From Candidatus Bathyarchaeota archaeon (GTDB lineage Archaea; Thermoproteota; Bathyarchaeia; Bathyarchaeales; Bathycorpusculaceae), in assembly GCA_963811105.1 (NCBI GenBank), contig CAWEPZ010000011.1:768001-832000 (forward strand): DNA of 64,000 nucleotides, in the 5' to 3' direction. Below are positions 17,959 to 28,723 of this stretch, piece after piece; position 1 is the first letter of the stretch, and every line of letters starts with the position of its first letter. Made by a program: the position numbers and the translations under genes. Under the pieces are notes generated by a model, which was given only the letters and a program-made list of their open reading frames with translations, was not told the origin of the DNA and did no database searches.

Positions 17959-20655
17959 TTATGGTCGTTTTCTTAGTATGAGGACTGTAGCGATGGCAAC
18001 TGCTAGTATTATGGCTATTCCCACGGCGACTATGTAAGTCATTAGGTCCGATGTAGTTGCCAGGTTTGATGGTGCAGAGGTTGTTGTGGGTGTCGTAGTT
18101 GTTGGTGCATTAACAGCAGTAGCGTATGTTGTTGCAAATGAACTTCCGTATGAATCGTCGCCAGCGAAAGTAGCAAATATCTTGTAGTCACCTGCAATGG
18201 TTGGAGTCCAAGTGTATCCATAGGTGCCTGTTGTTCCATCAGTTGTGACTGCTGAAATGTGCACAAAGTTGCCGTTTGGATCAACTGCGTCAAGAGAGAC
18301 CGGTACGCCGGCTATTGTTTCGTTGTGCCATATTCCATCGATTGGTTGCTGCATGTGCAAATATTGCATCCATGTTGTCATTGAGCTAGCTGAAACGCAT
18401 GCTGTTCCGGGTTGTGCTGGAGATTGATCAAGAACTGTTCCTGTCAATATTACGCTTTGTCCTGTTTGTGCTGCTATTTGTGGTGCTGAGAGTGTTGTTG
18501 AACTTTCGCCTTTACCGAAGACATACATTTTTCCATCGTATCCGTTGCCTGCTACTAGATATCCGTCAGAGACTTCACCTGGGCTGCCTGAGAATTCTAT
18601 TCTCCAGACACGTTCTCCGTTAGTAATGTTGAGGGCCATTAAGCCCCATCCTCTGGTAATTGGATAGGTTGGTGTGTGTTCAGTGTTGTAAGTGTAGAGT
18701 TTGCCGTCCGCAGCAAAGCCGCCGCCATTGAATGAGTAGCATTGAGATCCGTTAACATCTGTGTATGGAGTTTCGAATGGAACTGCTTGGTCAACATAGT
18801 GCCAGACAATGTTTCCGTTAGTCCAGTTGAAAGCGTAGATACCATCATATGAACAACGATAGAACATGCCATAAGCAGATATGTATTGGTAGCCGCCGAA
18901 ACTGTCTGAACCCCATGGATAATCCATCAGTTGAGTCTTCCAGACTAAGTCGCCGTTTCTTTCGCTGAAACCAGCGTAGTATCCGCCTTCCATCAAGCAA
19001 ATAGCTATTCCATGATCTGCACCGAAGCAAGCTGTGCTGTATCTCGTCATGTCTGTATATGTGCGGTTCCATAGTAATGATCCTGTAGTCATGTCAACTG
19101 CCATCATCCATGTTCCGTGATAAACGCCGACACCTAATGGTGCGAGACCCGCCATCCAAATCATAATGTTGGTTTCTGGGTCGATAACAAATGTGTTGTA
19201 ACCTAAGATACCGCCTGGATAGGTTGGTACGGCAAATGGCAAGCTTACGTTACCCATGATTCTTTGTGTGAAGTTGGTTGTAGTTCCAGCTGTAGTCCAG
19301 TTAATCAAATAGTATTTAGATACGCCTGCTGTTGTGATTGTTTGGACACTTAGTACATATGGGTCTTTATAGAAACCAGTGTATGCGTTGCTGCCTTGGA
19401 TACCGCCCATTAGTTGTGGAGACAAGGCTTTGTAGCCTGTAGATGACATGTTGAAGGTAACTGCCCCTGTCCATGGATTGATCTTGTAGAAGCTGCCGTC
19501 GCCGGCAATGGATATGAGTGACACCGAATAAGTGCCGCTTGCTTCAGCGCCAACTTCACCTGCGACTGCTGCACCTGAGGTTCCTGGTGGTACATATGAT
19601 ATTATGTTCGGTGTAATTCCGCCTAAAGCGCCAGGTGTACTTGAGGTTGTGGGTATTGCATAGTACTGTTTGCCAGTTTGTAGATCCCAGCATACTGCAC
19701 AGCTAGTTGGAACACCGTTGATTGGTACAGTCATGGTTTGGTAGCATCGTCCGTTGTAGATCACGCTTGGTGTACCTGCGCCTCCACCGAGACTGTAGGA
19801 TCCTGCTGATCCACCGATTATGCCGGCATCACTCATTTGTTGCTTGTATTCGACATGACATGTGTTTGGTCCTTGGACGTATGGGACGAAGTTTGAGTGA
19901 GTTATGTATGTGTTAGTGTCTGCTGGCCAACTTGAACCGCCGCCTACAATTCCGTAGGGTGGGTAGTTACCGAGGATTGACCACCATTCTCTGTTCATGA
20001 CATTTGCTGGGCGTGTCCAGTAGCCTGTTGGTAGTGCTGCTATTGGCCAAGAGCTAACCAAGTTGCTTTGAACTGTTAGGTTTTGCCAATTTGTGGAAGC
20101 TGGCTTATAGTATGCTGTGTCAAGATAGTATGCTGCACTTGAGCTTCCGGCGGGAACAAGCCTTCCGATAAGGTATGTTCCGTTCGGCCAGTATTCACCG
20201 GTGAATCTGAATTTGAATTGGTAGGTTCCAGTTTGGTCGGGTGTTAATTGGAACCATGCGGTTGCGTCGGCTGGGTATGAGTCCATTGGGCCAACAGTTT
20301 CTGTAGTTCCGTCGGGTCTTATGATGTCTACGTAGTAGCCTGATTGGAATCTATTTGGGCTAATTGGCGGTGTTGTCCACATGTTTACGAGTGCTGTTTG
20401 GCCGATGCCTATTGGGCTTGGGCTTACGCTTAGGAAAGCGGCAGTGTCCATTGTAACGCTTGGATTTGCGCCTGATGATAAGTCACCGACGACACCGGAG
20501 GTTGCTCCCTGCATAGGGCTACCAGGGATAACGTCGGCAGCAGAGGCTTTAGCGGTGAATGCGGCTGACATAAGCAAAGCAGAAGTCATCATTAGAACGA
20601 TAGCGATTAAAGCAAAAGATTTTCGTCTAAAATTTACTTTTATTAAGTTTTCCAT
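17959..20655 (-). CDS. Secreted membrane-anchored PQQ-like beta-propeller repeat protein, array copy 1
   Basis: Signal peptide. Family blocks PIGIGQ, PDG, LPT.YWTRP..NREWW, CWDLQTG, INWT, ADHG, AYG, ETPY, ADGK..YNTEHTP, DQSPAQPG and GDDSYGSS. Thr-rich linker, TM helix, RKRP. Confidence 0.85.
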   Translation of the reverse strand: MENLIKVNFRRKSFALIAIVLMMTSALLMSAAFTAKASAADVIPGSPMQGATSGVVGDLSSGANPSVTMDTAAFLSVSPSPIGIGQTALVNMWTTPPISPNRFQSGYYVDIIRPDGTTETVGPMDSYPADATAWFQLTPDQTGTYQFKFRFTGEYWPNGTYLIGRLVPAGSSSAAYYLDTAYYKPASTNWQNLTVQSNLVSSWPIAALPTGYWTRPANVMNREWWSILGNYPPYGIVGGGSSWPADTNTYITHSNFVPYVQGPNTCHVEYKQQMSDAGIIGGSAGSYSLGGGAGTPSVIYNGRCYQTMTVPINGVPTSCAVCWDLQTGKQYYAIPTTSSTPGALGGITPNIISYVPPGTSGAAVAGEVGAEASGTYSVSLISIAGDGSFYKINPWTGAVTFNMSSTGYKALSPQLMGGIQGSNAYTGFYKDPYVLSVQTITTAGVSKYYLINWTTAGTTTNFTQRIMGNVSLPFAVPTYPGGILGYNTFVIDPETNIMIWMAGLAPLGVGVYHGTWMMAVDMTTGSLLWNRTYTDMTRYSTACFGADHGIAICLMEGGYYAGFSERNGDLVWKTQLMDYPWGSDSFGGYQYISAYGMFYRCSYDGIYAFNWTNGNIVWHYVDQAVPFETPYTDVNGSQCYSFNGGGFAADGKLYTYNTEHTPTYPITRGWGLMALNITNGERVWRIEFSGSPGEVSDGYLVAGNGYDGKMYVFGKGESSTTLSAPQIAAQTGQSVILTGTVLDQSPAQPGTACVSASSMTTWMQYLHMQQPIDGIWHNETIAGVPVSLDAVDPNGNFVHISAVTTDGTTGTYGYTWTPTIAGDYKIFATFAGDDSYGSSFATTYATAVNAPTTTTPTTTSAPSNLATTSDLMTYIVAVGIAIILAVAIATVLILRKRP

Positions 20656-20973
20656 TTTTATTTTTCATCCTTTTAATTTTAGAACGTAAATCTTATGCAT
20701 ACTGTCCCTTTTAAAAATCACTCACCTATAGTGAGTACAAGCAAAAGTAAAATGGAATGAAAACGTGTTGTTGATGCCCTTTCATAATCTAAATTGCAGA
20801 AGTTAGAAGAAACAGGTTAACGACATAAAGGATTTGGTAAGGGACCAAAATTAATTCGATTTAGATTATGGAAATTAGAGTGCACTGGATAATCACTCTG
20901 AGAGAGTAAATCAAATATACATAAACTGTAGCAATAGTACGCTAAGTAGGAGGCATCGCTAATTTCAGAACAA

Positions 20974-21648
20974 ATGTTCCTAATTGCGGAAGAAACTTTT
21001 TCATCAGCAATGTGCCTCGTTCTTGTATGGTTTCTAATTAAGCCATATAGAGTCACTAGAGAAGTTCGACATTTGGGTCTTCCGATTGGGTTTGGCTTCC
21101 TCTGTGTTTCCTATGCTGTTTCAGCTTTTACTCATTTGTATCCTCTTGCAACTTTTTCGAGTCTTCCTTTAGCTTGGTTCCAACTTCTCTTGAGACCATT
21201 TTCCATTCTATTCCTTGCATTTACTTATTATTTTTCAAAGAAATCTTCAAAAAACTCTAGACTAATGGGGGATGTAACCCTTAGTGCAATTATCGTTGCT
21301 CTAACATCCATGGTTATTTTCTTTTTTGTCGCCCCACAATTCGCGATTGATAATTATCGAGTCTTAAGCATTTATGTCAGGATCTTTAACATAGTGTGCC
21401 TGCTCTACATTACTATCCATACACTTAGAAGCCATTTAGCCGCTCAAGATTCAAAAACAATATTGACTCCGTTTGGATACCTATTTCTCTTAATAGGTCA
21501 ATACTCCTTGTTGATCTGGGACACGGGAGATGTCTCCAACGAGTTCCCATTTTATGGAGGCTTACTACTTCGTTGGATAGGATTGGTTCTTTTTCTGCTA
21601 ATTGCTTACAGAACCTTTTATGGGGCGAATAAAAGGAGTACTAAATGA
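20974..21648 (+). CDS. Seven-helix membrane protein, possible sensor
   Basis: About 7 hydrophobic segments and no soluble domain. Its end abuts the start of the following wHTH gene. Confidence 0.7.
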   Translation: MFLIAEETFSSAMCLVLVWFLIKPYRVTREVRHLGLPIGFGFLCVSYAVSAFTHLYPLATFSSLPLAWFQLLLRPFSILFLAFTYYFSKKSSKNSRLMGDVTLSAIIVALTSMVIFFFVAPQFAIDNYRVLSIYVRIFNIVCLLYITIHTLRSHLAAQDSKTILTPFGYLFLLIGQYSLLIWDTGDVSNEFPFYGGLLLRWIGLVLFLLIAYRTFYGANKRSTK

Positions 21649-21926
21649 AGAAAAAAGCCAGACGAGACAAAATGAAAATTTACGGCGATCTCTTAGATAC
21701 TCTTAAGTCTGAAAAAAATAATATAGACAAGATAGTTCTAACACACATTCAAACTAAAATGAATGTTCCCTTCGATCGTTTAAAAAATTACATTTCGGAT
21801 CTAGAAAGCCTCGATTTAATCGAAGACCAACTCAATTACAACCTTACTCCAAAAGGTAAACAATATCTTGATGAGTACAAGAAAATCCTTGATTTTATGG
21901 AACGTATGGGCATAGCCGACCGATAG
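21645..21926 (+). CDS. Archaeal winged-helix transcription regulator (HTH_45-like)
   Basis: RRDKMKIYGDLL..LTHIQTKMNVPFDRLKNYISDL..LIE..LTPKGKQYL. Confidence 0.85.
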   Translation: MKKKARRDKMKIYGDLLDTLKSEKNNIDKIVLTHIQTKMNVPFDRLKNYISDLESLDLIEDQLNYNLTPKGKQYLDEYKKILDFMERMGIADR

Positions 21927-22409
21927 AAACAATCAATTAGTCTTATTTTGAAAGGCAGGTCTCCAATGCATAGATAGTTAAAGCGCACGCCAGAATGTCT
22001 CACCAAGCTATTTTTAAGACTTTTCTGAAAAGTCTTGTGTATATGGTTTCCAAAAAATATGCTAATTTTTTTCACTCGGTAATATAGAGCCATCAAAATG
22101 TTCTCGGCATAAGATAGTTCGATTCTTTTGAAATCAGCGTTAATTTATAAATAGTGGCAAAAAATCAATGATTTTACAGCAATAGCTTGAATATTTTTAC
22201 AACAAATGATTTTTTTCGATAGTTTAAATAGGTAACTCCAGAAATAAGGGCACCTGAAGAGAGTTAAAATGAGCGAAGGAAAAAATGTATCTAAAACGTT
22301 CGCTTTAAATTCAGACCTTCTCCAATTAAGAAATGAGATTATTGGCATGAACGATTGCCTCGTATCAATTACTCAGCGCTGACGCTCTATCTTTGTAGGA
22401 AGTGCTGGT

Positions 22410-22643
22410 ATGGAACAAGAAATGGCGCAGTACTTTGATAAGAAGGTAAGACCCCGGGCCCTTATTTTAATGGCCAATCAGAAAGACCTCGAAAAGATAA
22501 AGGACTTTATTAAGACACTTAGCGAGGCTAAACTTGTTTATGTGACAACTGCGCCTTGTTCAACAGCTTTGAGAGTTATAAAAGAGCCTATTGACAAACA
22601 GCCCTTTGAACAACCGCTCTTTACTCTTGAAACAGGCTCGTAA
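22410..22643 (+). CDS. Small hypothetical protein
   Basis: 77-aa ORF with ATG preceded by GGAAG; globular-looking composition. Confidence 0.5.
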   Translation: MEQEMAQYFDKKVRPRALILMANQKDLEKIKDFIKTLSEAKLVYVTTAPCSTALRVIKEPIDKQPFEQPLFTLETGS

Positions 22644-22980
22644 CGTCAAATAGTCGCTGATAAATTGCAGTCACAAGAGCCTATATCCGAATAATATTTT
22701 CTATCAAATTACTAGAATATGCCTGTGAAGGGTTTGCGACATACCTCTGTATAACATTCTATTGTTCTGATGTAAACGTATTATGACTTAGCAGCAAAAT
22801 GCCAACAATTCGATGGAATGATATTCGTTTCAATTTAAATTTCAAGTATTCAGTCGGTTGCGGGGTAAATTGTTGTGATGGTGTTGAGCTATCTGAAGCT
22901 GATAGCTACTGTGCAAACGCTTCTTAAAAAGATCTACCCAGATTGATTGTTAATATAAAGAAAAGAGAGAAGGAATTAGT

Positions 22981-25566
22981 TTATGCCCTTTTCCTAAGCA
23001 ATAGAATAGCTACGACTGCCATAGCGATAATTATTGCTAGCGTTGCACCTATCAGAGCAGGGTAGAACTCATTTGCGGCTAACCCCTGGCTTATTACTGG
23101 TGCTGGTGTGGTTGTGGTTGAAATAGCTTGGGCTACTGTTGCGTATGCGGTTGCGAATGAGCTTCCGTATGAGTCATCTCCGATGAAGGTTGCAGTAATT
23201 TGGTACTTTCCAGGTATGGTGGGTATCCACTCGTATGCGTATGTGCCGCTGTAGCCTTCGCTTGTAACAGTTGCAATGTGTACGCTGTTGCCATTAGGAT
23301 CTAATGCGTCTAGTGACACGGGTACGCCAGTTAGAGTTTCATTACCCCAAAGACCGCCGATCTGCTGCTGCAAATGTATGTGTTCCATTTGAAGTTCCAT
23401 AGAGTTTGCTGAAACGCATGGCGCGCCTACCTGAGCCGGGGATTGATCTAAGATAGTTCCTGATATGATTGCACTCTGACTTACAGTAATTTGTGTTTGC
23501 GGCACTGAAACAGTAGTTGCGCTCAAACCTTTGCCAAAGACATACAAGTTTCCGTCCCACGGGTTAGGAGCAACAAGATAACCATCAGCGATAGCGCCTT
23601 GAACCATTGGATTGTCTATTTTCCATATGCCTTCGCCTGTAGTGATGTTGATGCAATGAAGAGACCATCCTCTTGTTAATGGCCATGTTGGTGTGTGCTC
23701 GGTGTTGTATACATACATTTTTCCATCAGCGATCTCTGCTCCTCCGTTGAATGAGTAGACCCCAGTTCCGTTGTTTATGTACGGCGTTTCAAAGCTCGCA
23801 AGGGTTGGTGCTTGATAGTGCCATACTATTTTTCCATTAGTCCAGTTAAAGGCATAGACGCCATCATATGCTTGTCTAAAGAGCATGCCATAAGCTGATT
23901 GTATTGCGTAAGCTCCGAAGCTGTTTGATGCCCATGGATAATCCATAGTTTCGCTCTTCCATGCTAGTTGTCCTGTAGATAGGTCGTATGCGTAGAAGTG
24001 TCCTCTTTGTCCTAGAAATGCAACTCTTCCATGATCAGCAAGACAACAACTTGAGCTGAAAGTTGTATCATCAGTAATTACTACTTTCCATGGTAGAAGT
24101 TGTCCAGTTGTTAATGATGCAGCAGTTACATTTATGTTCCAATAGATATTTGACCCATTTTGCATGGTTCGAGTAATGAATGCAGCTATTCCGGCGTTGA
24201 AGTCTGCAACGCACATACCGACTCCTGCAGAATATGTATTAGTCGGCAATTGACTCCAAGGCCAAGTTATATTACTCACGATTCTTGAAGCTATGCTAGT
24301 GCTTGTTCCTCTTGTAGTCCAATTTATCAATCTGTATTGTGGGTTTGCAGTATTGCCAAGGGTTTGCAAACTTAAGACGTAGCCACCAAGTTGATTGACT
24401 AATGTACCCCCCGATAGCGGTGAAATCGAATAGTTACTTATTGCCCCCGTATTAGCGTTGATTTTTAAAAGAGACGAGCCGCTTATTGATAAGAGATCAA
24501 TACTCCAGGTGGCAGATCCCAGTTCGTTTCCAGCGATTGTTGTCCCTGAGGATACTGGATTGTTATATACGATATTTGTTGGTGTTACACCACCAGGAAT
24601 TTCATAGTATATATGTCCAGTCCGCAAATCGTAGCATTGCGCAGCGCTTATTCCATTTGGTAGAGTAACTGTCTGATAACATCTTCCTGAATAGGCGACA
24701 CTGGGACTTCCTGGACTAGCGGTGATTCCATATTGTGTGGCAGGTCCGCCGATTAAGCCAGCTATTGAATCTTGTCTTTTCCATACTATGTGTGCGGTGT
24801 TTGGTGCTTGAACCCATGGTATGAAATTGTAGACGCCAGGACTGTCATAAGGGTTGGTGTTGGGGTATAGCGTATTCCAGTTTGGATAGCCGTCTCCTTG
24901 GTAGCCACTACCAGGATAGTTTCCTAGAATTGGCCACCATTCTCTATTATTAAGTGAGGCGGGTCTTGTCCAATAATCGTTTGGCAGCGGAGCTACCGGC
25001 CACGAAGCAACCAAGTCTTGCCGTACCGTTAGATTCTGAACTTGAGTAGAACTGGGCGAATAGTAAGCTGAGCCATAAAGATTGCTACCCGTTACGGAGG
25101 ATGCATAAACTTTTCCATCCAAGTAGTAGCCTGCTGGGAAATATGTACCCACAAATTCGAATTTGAATTGCCATGTCCCAAGTTGATCTGGCACGAGCTC
25201 AAACCAAATTGCAGCAGTAGCAGGTTCTGATGATATAGTCCTCTTATCTATAGTTCCATCTGGCTTTGTGATTGTGACTATGAATCCTTGCGGGATCAGT
25301 CGGTTGTTTGAAGATACTCCTGGCGTAATCCACAAGTTAACGAGTAATGCCTGGCCTATTCCAATGGGGTTCGGTTCAAAGCTTAAACTAGCAACAGTAG
25401 GAACTGTCGCTTCAACGGTTACGCCTGCTGGTAATGGTCCACTAACAGGTTGCTGTGTAGCAAGTTGCGCCTTAGCTGTGTCAAGTGGTAGTATCGGTAG
25501 AACGAATGTCGAAAGCATAAGAATCAATGCAATTACCAAAATTTTTTTTGTATTAAATAAATGCAT
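22981..25566 (-). CDS. PQQ-like beta-propeller surface protein, array copy 2
   Basis: Same conserved blocks as copy 1, signal peptide ending AKA|Q, TM + RKRA. Confidence 0.85.
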   Translation of the reverse strand: MHLFNTKKILVIALILMLSTFVLPILPLDTAKAQLATQQPVSGPLPAGVTVEATVPTVASLSFEPNPIGIGQALLVNLWITPGVSSNNRLIPQGFIVTITKPDGTIDKRTISSEPATAAIWFELVPDQLGTWQFKFEFVGTYFPAGYYLDGKVYASSVTGSNLYGSAYYSPSSTQVQNLTVRQDLVASWPVAPLPNDYWTRPASLNNREWWPILGNYPGSGYQGDGYPNWNTLYPNTNPYDSPGVYNFIPWVQAPNTAHIVWKRQDSIAGLIGGPATQYGITASPGSPSVAYSGRCYQTVTLPNGISAAQCYDLRTGHIYYEIPGGVTPTNIVYNNPVSSGTTIAGNELGSATWSIDLLSISGSSLLKINANTGAISNYSISPLSGGTLVNQLGGYVLSLQTLGNTANPQYRLINWTTRGTSTSIASRIVSNITWPWSQLPTNTYSAGVGMCVADFNAGIAAFITRTMQNGSNIYWNINVTAASLTTGQLLPWKVVITDDTTFSSSCCLADHGRVAFLGQRGHFYAYDLSTGQLAWKSETMDYPWASNSFGAYAIQSAYGMLFRQAYDGVYAFNWTNGKIVWHYQAPTLASFETPYINNGTGVYSFNGGAEIADGKMYVYNTEHTPTWPLTRGWSLHCINITTGEGIWKIDNPMVQGAIADGYLVAPNPWDGNLYVFGKGLSATTVSVPQTQITVSQSAIISGTILDQSPAQVGAPCVSANSMELQMEHIHLQQQIGGLWGNETLTGVPVSLDALDPNGNSVHIATVTSEGYSGTYAYEWIPTIPGKYQITATFIGDDSYGSSFATAYATVAQAISTTTTPAPVISQGLAANEFYPALIGATLAIIIAMAVVAILLLRKRA

Positions 25567-25571
25567 ATTTT

Positions 25572-25692
25572 TTTCTCCTATTTTTTGTGTTTCAGAAGTC
25601 TTTTCTAATTTGTTTTTAAAACTTGCTATAATGACAAATCTAATTAAAAAAAAACTCGTTTTATTTCATCTAAAGTTGAGATTTTATACAAA
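25572..25692 (-). repeat. Duplicated promoter/5' leader, copy A (upstream of propeller copy 2)
   Basis: 25572-25653 is identical to 28461-28542 (82 bp), and 25674-25692 is identical to 28563-28581 at the same 2889-bp offset. Confidence 0.93.
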
Positions 25693-25770
25693 ATAACGGG
25701 ACAAGGCAGCGCGCTTGCTATTGCTAAAAGCAAAAAAAGTGGAAAGAGAGTGATTGATTGCTTCCTTGTT

Positions 25771-28455
25771 TTATGGTCGTTTTCTGAGTATTAGTACTGT
25801 AGCTATGGCTATTGCAATGATTATAGCGATTACTCCAACCACTATGTATGTCATCAGGTCTGATGTGGTTGCTGAGGCTGAAAGTGACACAGTTGGTGTT
25901 GCTGTTGCTGAAGTTGTTGGTGCATTGACTGCAGTAGCGTATGTTGTTGCAAATGAGCTGCCGTATGAATCGTCTCCAGCGAAGGTTGCAGAGATCTTGT
26001 AATCGCCTGCAATTATTGGAGTCCATGTGTAAGCGAATGTGCCGCTTGTTCCGTCAGATGTGACTGAGGCTATGTGTACTGTGTTTCCGTTGGGGTCAAC
26101 TGCGTCTAAAGATAGGGGAACTCCCGTTATTGTTTCATTGTGCCACAGGCCATCAATCGGCATTTGACAATGCAGATACTCCATGTACGTTGTCATCGAA
26201 CCCTTGGAGACACATGGCATTCCGGGCTGAGCTGGAGACTGGTCAAGAACTGTACCTGAGATGATAACGCTCTGTCCCTTCGTTATAGCAATTTGTGGTG
26301 CTGAAACTGTAGTTGAACTCTCTCCTTTGCCGTAAACGTACATATTGCCGTCGTTGCCCGAAACCGTTAGGTAGCCATCGTCTATGGCGCCTATGGAGCC
26401 GTCCATCTTTGCGGTCCAGATTTTTTCGCCGGTGGTGATGTTTATGCAATGTAATCCCCAACCTCTAGTAATTGGTTGAGTGGGAGTGTGTTCAGTGTTG
26501 TATGTGTATAGTTTTCCGTCTGCAGCCCAACCGCCGGAATTGAACGAATACACAGTAATGTTATTTGCGTCGTGGTATGGAGTTTCAAACTGGCTGAAAG
26601 CTGACGCCTCGTACCTCCACACTATTTTGCCGTTGGTCCAGTTGAAGGCATAGATTCCGCTGTAGGCAAACCTGAAGAACATGCCATAGGCCGAAACTGT
26701 GCTGTATGCTCCAAAACCAGTGCAATCCCATGGATAGTCCATCACTTCGCTCTTCCAAAGTAGCGCACCAGTGTGCTCGTCAAAGCACATGAAATATCCC
26801 GACCCGGTGCCCGATGCGTCATCTCGCATTAACACAGCAATTTTTCCATGATCAGCTACGCATGCGCCTGAGCTGTAGACTGACTCCGTTAGGTTAATGT
26901 CCCACAGGGTTGCGCCTGTTGTTTGACTGTAAGATGCGATACGAGTACCATACCTGATACCCGTTGCGTTGTCGTAGCTGACAAGTGCGTAAGGAAAGCC
27001 ATAGTTAGCGAAATTCCATACGCCAGGTTCTCTCACTAGAAATGAAATGCCCGCACTATAGTCTTGAATGTTTCCCCAATAGAATGTGGTAGAGAAGAGC
27101 TCAGAACGTGGCCAGGTTACGTTATTCATTATTCTTGTAGAGAAGTCAGTGCTTGTTCCGAGGGTAGTCCAGTTGATTAAACGGTATATACCCGCTGTCG
27201 GAGTCCCTGATGCTCCTGGTCCGCCTGTGTTGCTTAGCATTTGTTCGCTCAATACATATCCGTTCATGTAGTAAGTGTTTGAAGTAAAGGACGGTATGGA
27301 AACGTTGAGGCTAACTGCACCGGTGGTTGGATTTAGTTTAATCAATTGGTTATTAGCAATTGCGACGAGAGAGGTTGTGATACTTTCGGAAGCTGTGGCT
27401 CCCTCTACAGAAGGTGCTCCTTGACCGTATTCAATGTATGGGGGTGTTGGAACGCCTGTTCGTTCCCAAAATGTTTGTCCGGTTCGTATGTCGTAGCATT
27501 CCAGTACACTTTGGGTCACACCATCAAAAGGTTCGGTGATGCTTTGGTAAGCCTTGCCATCGAATACTACGCTCGGGGTGCCGCTTCCACTTTGCATGCT
27601 GTAAGTTCCCTGATCTCCTCCGAGAAGACCTGAAAGTGTTATTTGTCGTATCCAGACTACGTGTGCTGTGTTTGGTCCTTGAACCCATGGGATGAAATGT
27701 CGTTGGCTTGTCCAAGTTGTGCTCGTGTCCGGATATAGTTTATCCCATGTCGAGCTTTCTACTGATGGACCAAACCATGGGTAGCTTCCTGCAATTGTCC
27801 ACCATTCTCGGTTTTCCACCTGTATCGGTTGTGTCCAATAGTCTGTGGGTAAGGGAGAATTCGGCCATGGGACCACTGGATTTTGTTGCACTGTCAGTGT
27901 TTGAACTTGCGAACTCGCAGGGTTGTAGTAGCAGGTTCTCGTGTAGCTTTCCGTCCAGCCTGGTTGAGCTGTGTCTAGAGCAGTGGTGTAGTTTCCTGTT
28001 GGGAAATACTGTCCGGGCATGGAAAATTGAAATTTCCAAGTGCCAATTTGGTCTACTGTGTATTCGAACCATGCTGTCGAGTCGGCATGATAAGAGTCCA
28101 TTACTTTTGTGTCTACGGTTCCGTCGGGTTTTGTTATTGTAACTTTGTAATCCGTAAAGTAACGTGTGTATGAAGGCCCAGGCACTACCCAAAGATTAAC
28201 TAAGATCGTTTGACCAACGCCAATGGGGTTTGGTCTGACGCTTATGTAAGCTCCCTCAACAAATTGAAAATCGGGTGTTACTCCAGCCGGCAGTCTTATT
28301 CCACCGCCACTCTGTATGTTAGTGAGTTGGTTTGGTGTGTAGTATCCAGTCGCCGGAAATGCTTGCACAGACGTTGCCGTCAACGTAATAGAAGCCATCA
28401 ATAGAACTAAAACGATTATCGAAGTCAATTTTGCTTTATTTCTCAATGAACGCAT
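25771..28455 (-). CDS. PQQ-like beta-propeller surface protein, array copy 3
   Basis: Family blocks present, signal peptide, TM + RKRP. Confidence 0.85.
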   Translation of the reverse strand: MRSLRNKAKLTSIIVLVLLMASITLTATSVQAFPATGYYTPNQLTNIQSGGGIRLPAGVTPDFQFVEGAYISVRPNPIGVGQTILVNLWVVPGPSYTRYFTDYKVTITKPDGTVDTKVMDSYHADSTAWFEYTVDQIGTWKFQFSMPGQYFPTGNYTTALDTAQPGWTESYTRTCYYNPASSQVQTLTVQQNPVVPWPNSPLPTDYWTQPIQVENREWWTIAGSYPWFGPSVESSTWDKLYPDTSTTWTSQRHFIPWVQGPNTAHVVWIRQITLSGLLGGDQGTYSMQSGSGTPSVVFDGKAYQSITEPFDGVTQSVLECYDIRTGQTFWERTGVPTPPYIEYGQGAPSVEGATASESITTSLVAIANNQLIKLNPTTGAVSLNVSIPSFTSNTYYMNGYVLSEQMLSNTGGPGASGTPTAGIYRLINWTTLGTSTDFSTRIMNNVTWPRSELFSTTFYWGNIQDYSAGISFLVREPGVWNFANYGFPYALVSYDNATGIRYGTRIASYSQTTGATLWDINLTESVYSSGACVADHGKIAVLMRDDASGTGSGYFMCFDEHTGALLWKSEVMDYPWDCTGFGAYSTVSAYGMFFRFAYSGIYAFNWTNGKIVWRYEASAFSQFETPYHDANNITVYSFNSGGWAADGKLYTYNTEHTPTQPITRGWGLHCINITTGEKIWTAKMDGSIGAIDDGYLTVSGNDGNMYVYGKGESSTTVSAPQIAITKGQSVIISGTVLDQSPAQPGMPCVSKGSMTTYMEYLHCQMPIDGLWHNETITGVPLSLDAVDPNGNTVHIASVTSDGTSGTFAYTWTPIIAGDYKISATFAGDDSYGSSFATTYATAVNAPTTSATATPTVSLSASATTSDLMTYIVVGVIAIIIAIAIATVLILRKRP

Positions 28456-28460
28456 TTTAC

Positions 28461-28581
28461 TTTCTCCTATTTTTTGTGTTTCAGAAGTCTTTTCTAATTT
28501 GTTTTTAAAACTTGCTATAATGACAAATCTAATTAAAAAAAATCTTGTTTAAATTGATCAAGAGTTGAGATTTTATACAAA
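28461..28581 (-). repeat. Duplicated promoter/5' leader, copy B (upstream of propeller copy 3)
   Basis: Matches 25572-25692. Contains an AGGAGA RBS, a TTTTAAAA TATA-like box and a TTG-N9-CAA box (28512-28526). Confidence 0.93.
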
Positions 28582-28723
28582 TTCAATACCACTTGTCAAA
28601 AAATTGTAAATAAAGGCTTTTTTACTTGTATTGTTTTCAGGAGTCGATCGACGGCAGAAACTTTAGATGTGGTATGCACCGCTAGTGAGTAATGCTTTTA
28701 TTTATTTGTCTTCAGTTGAGATT

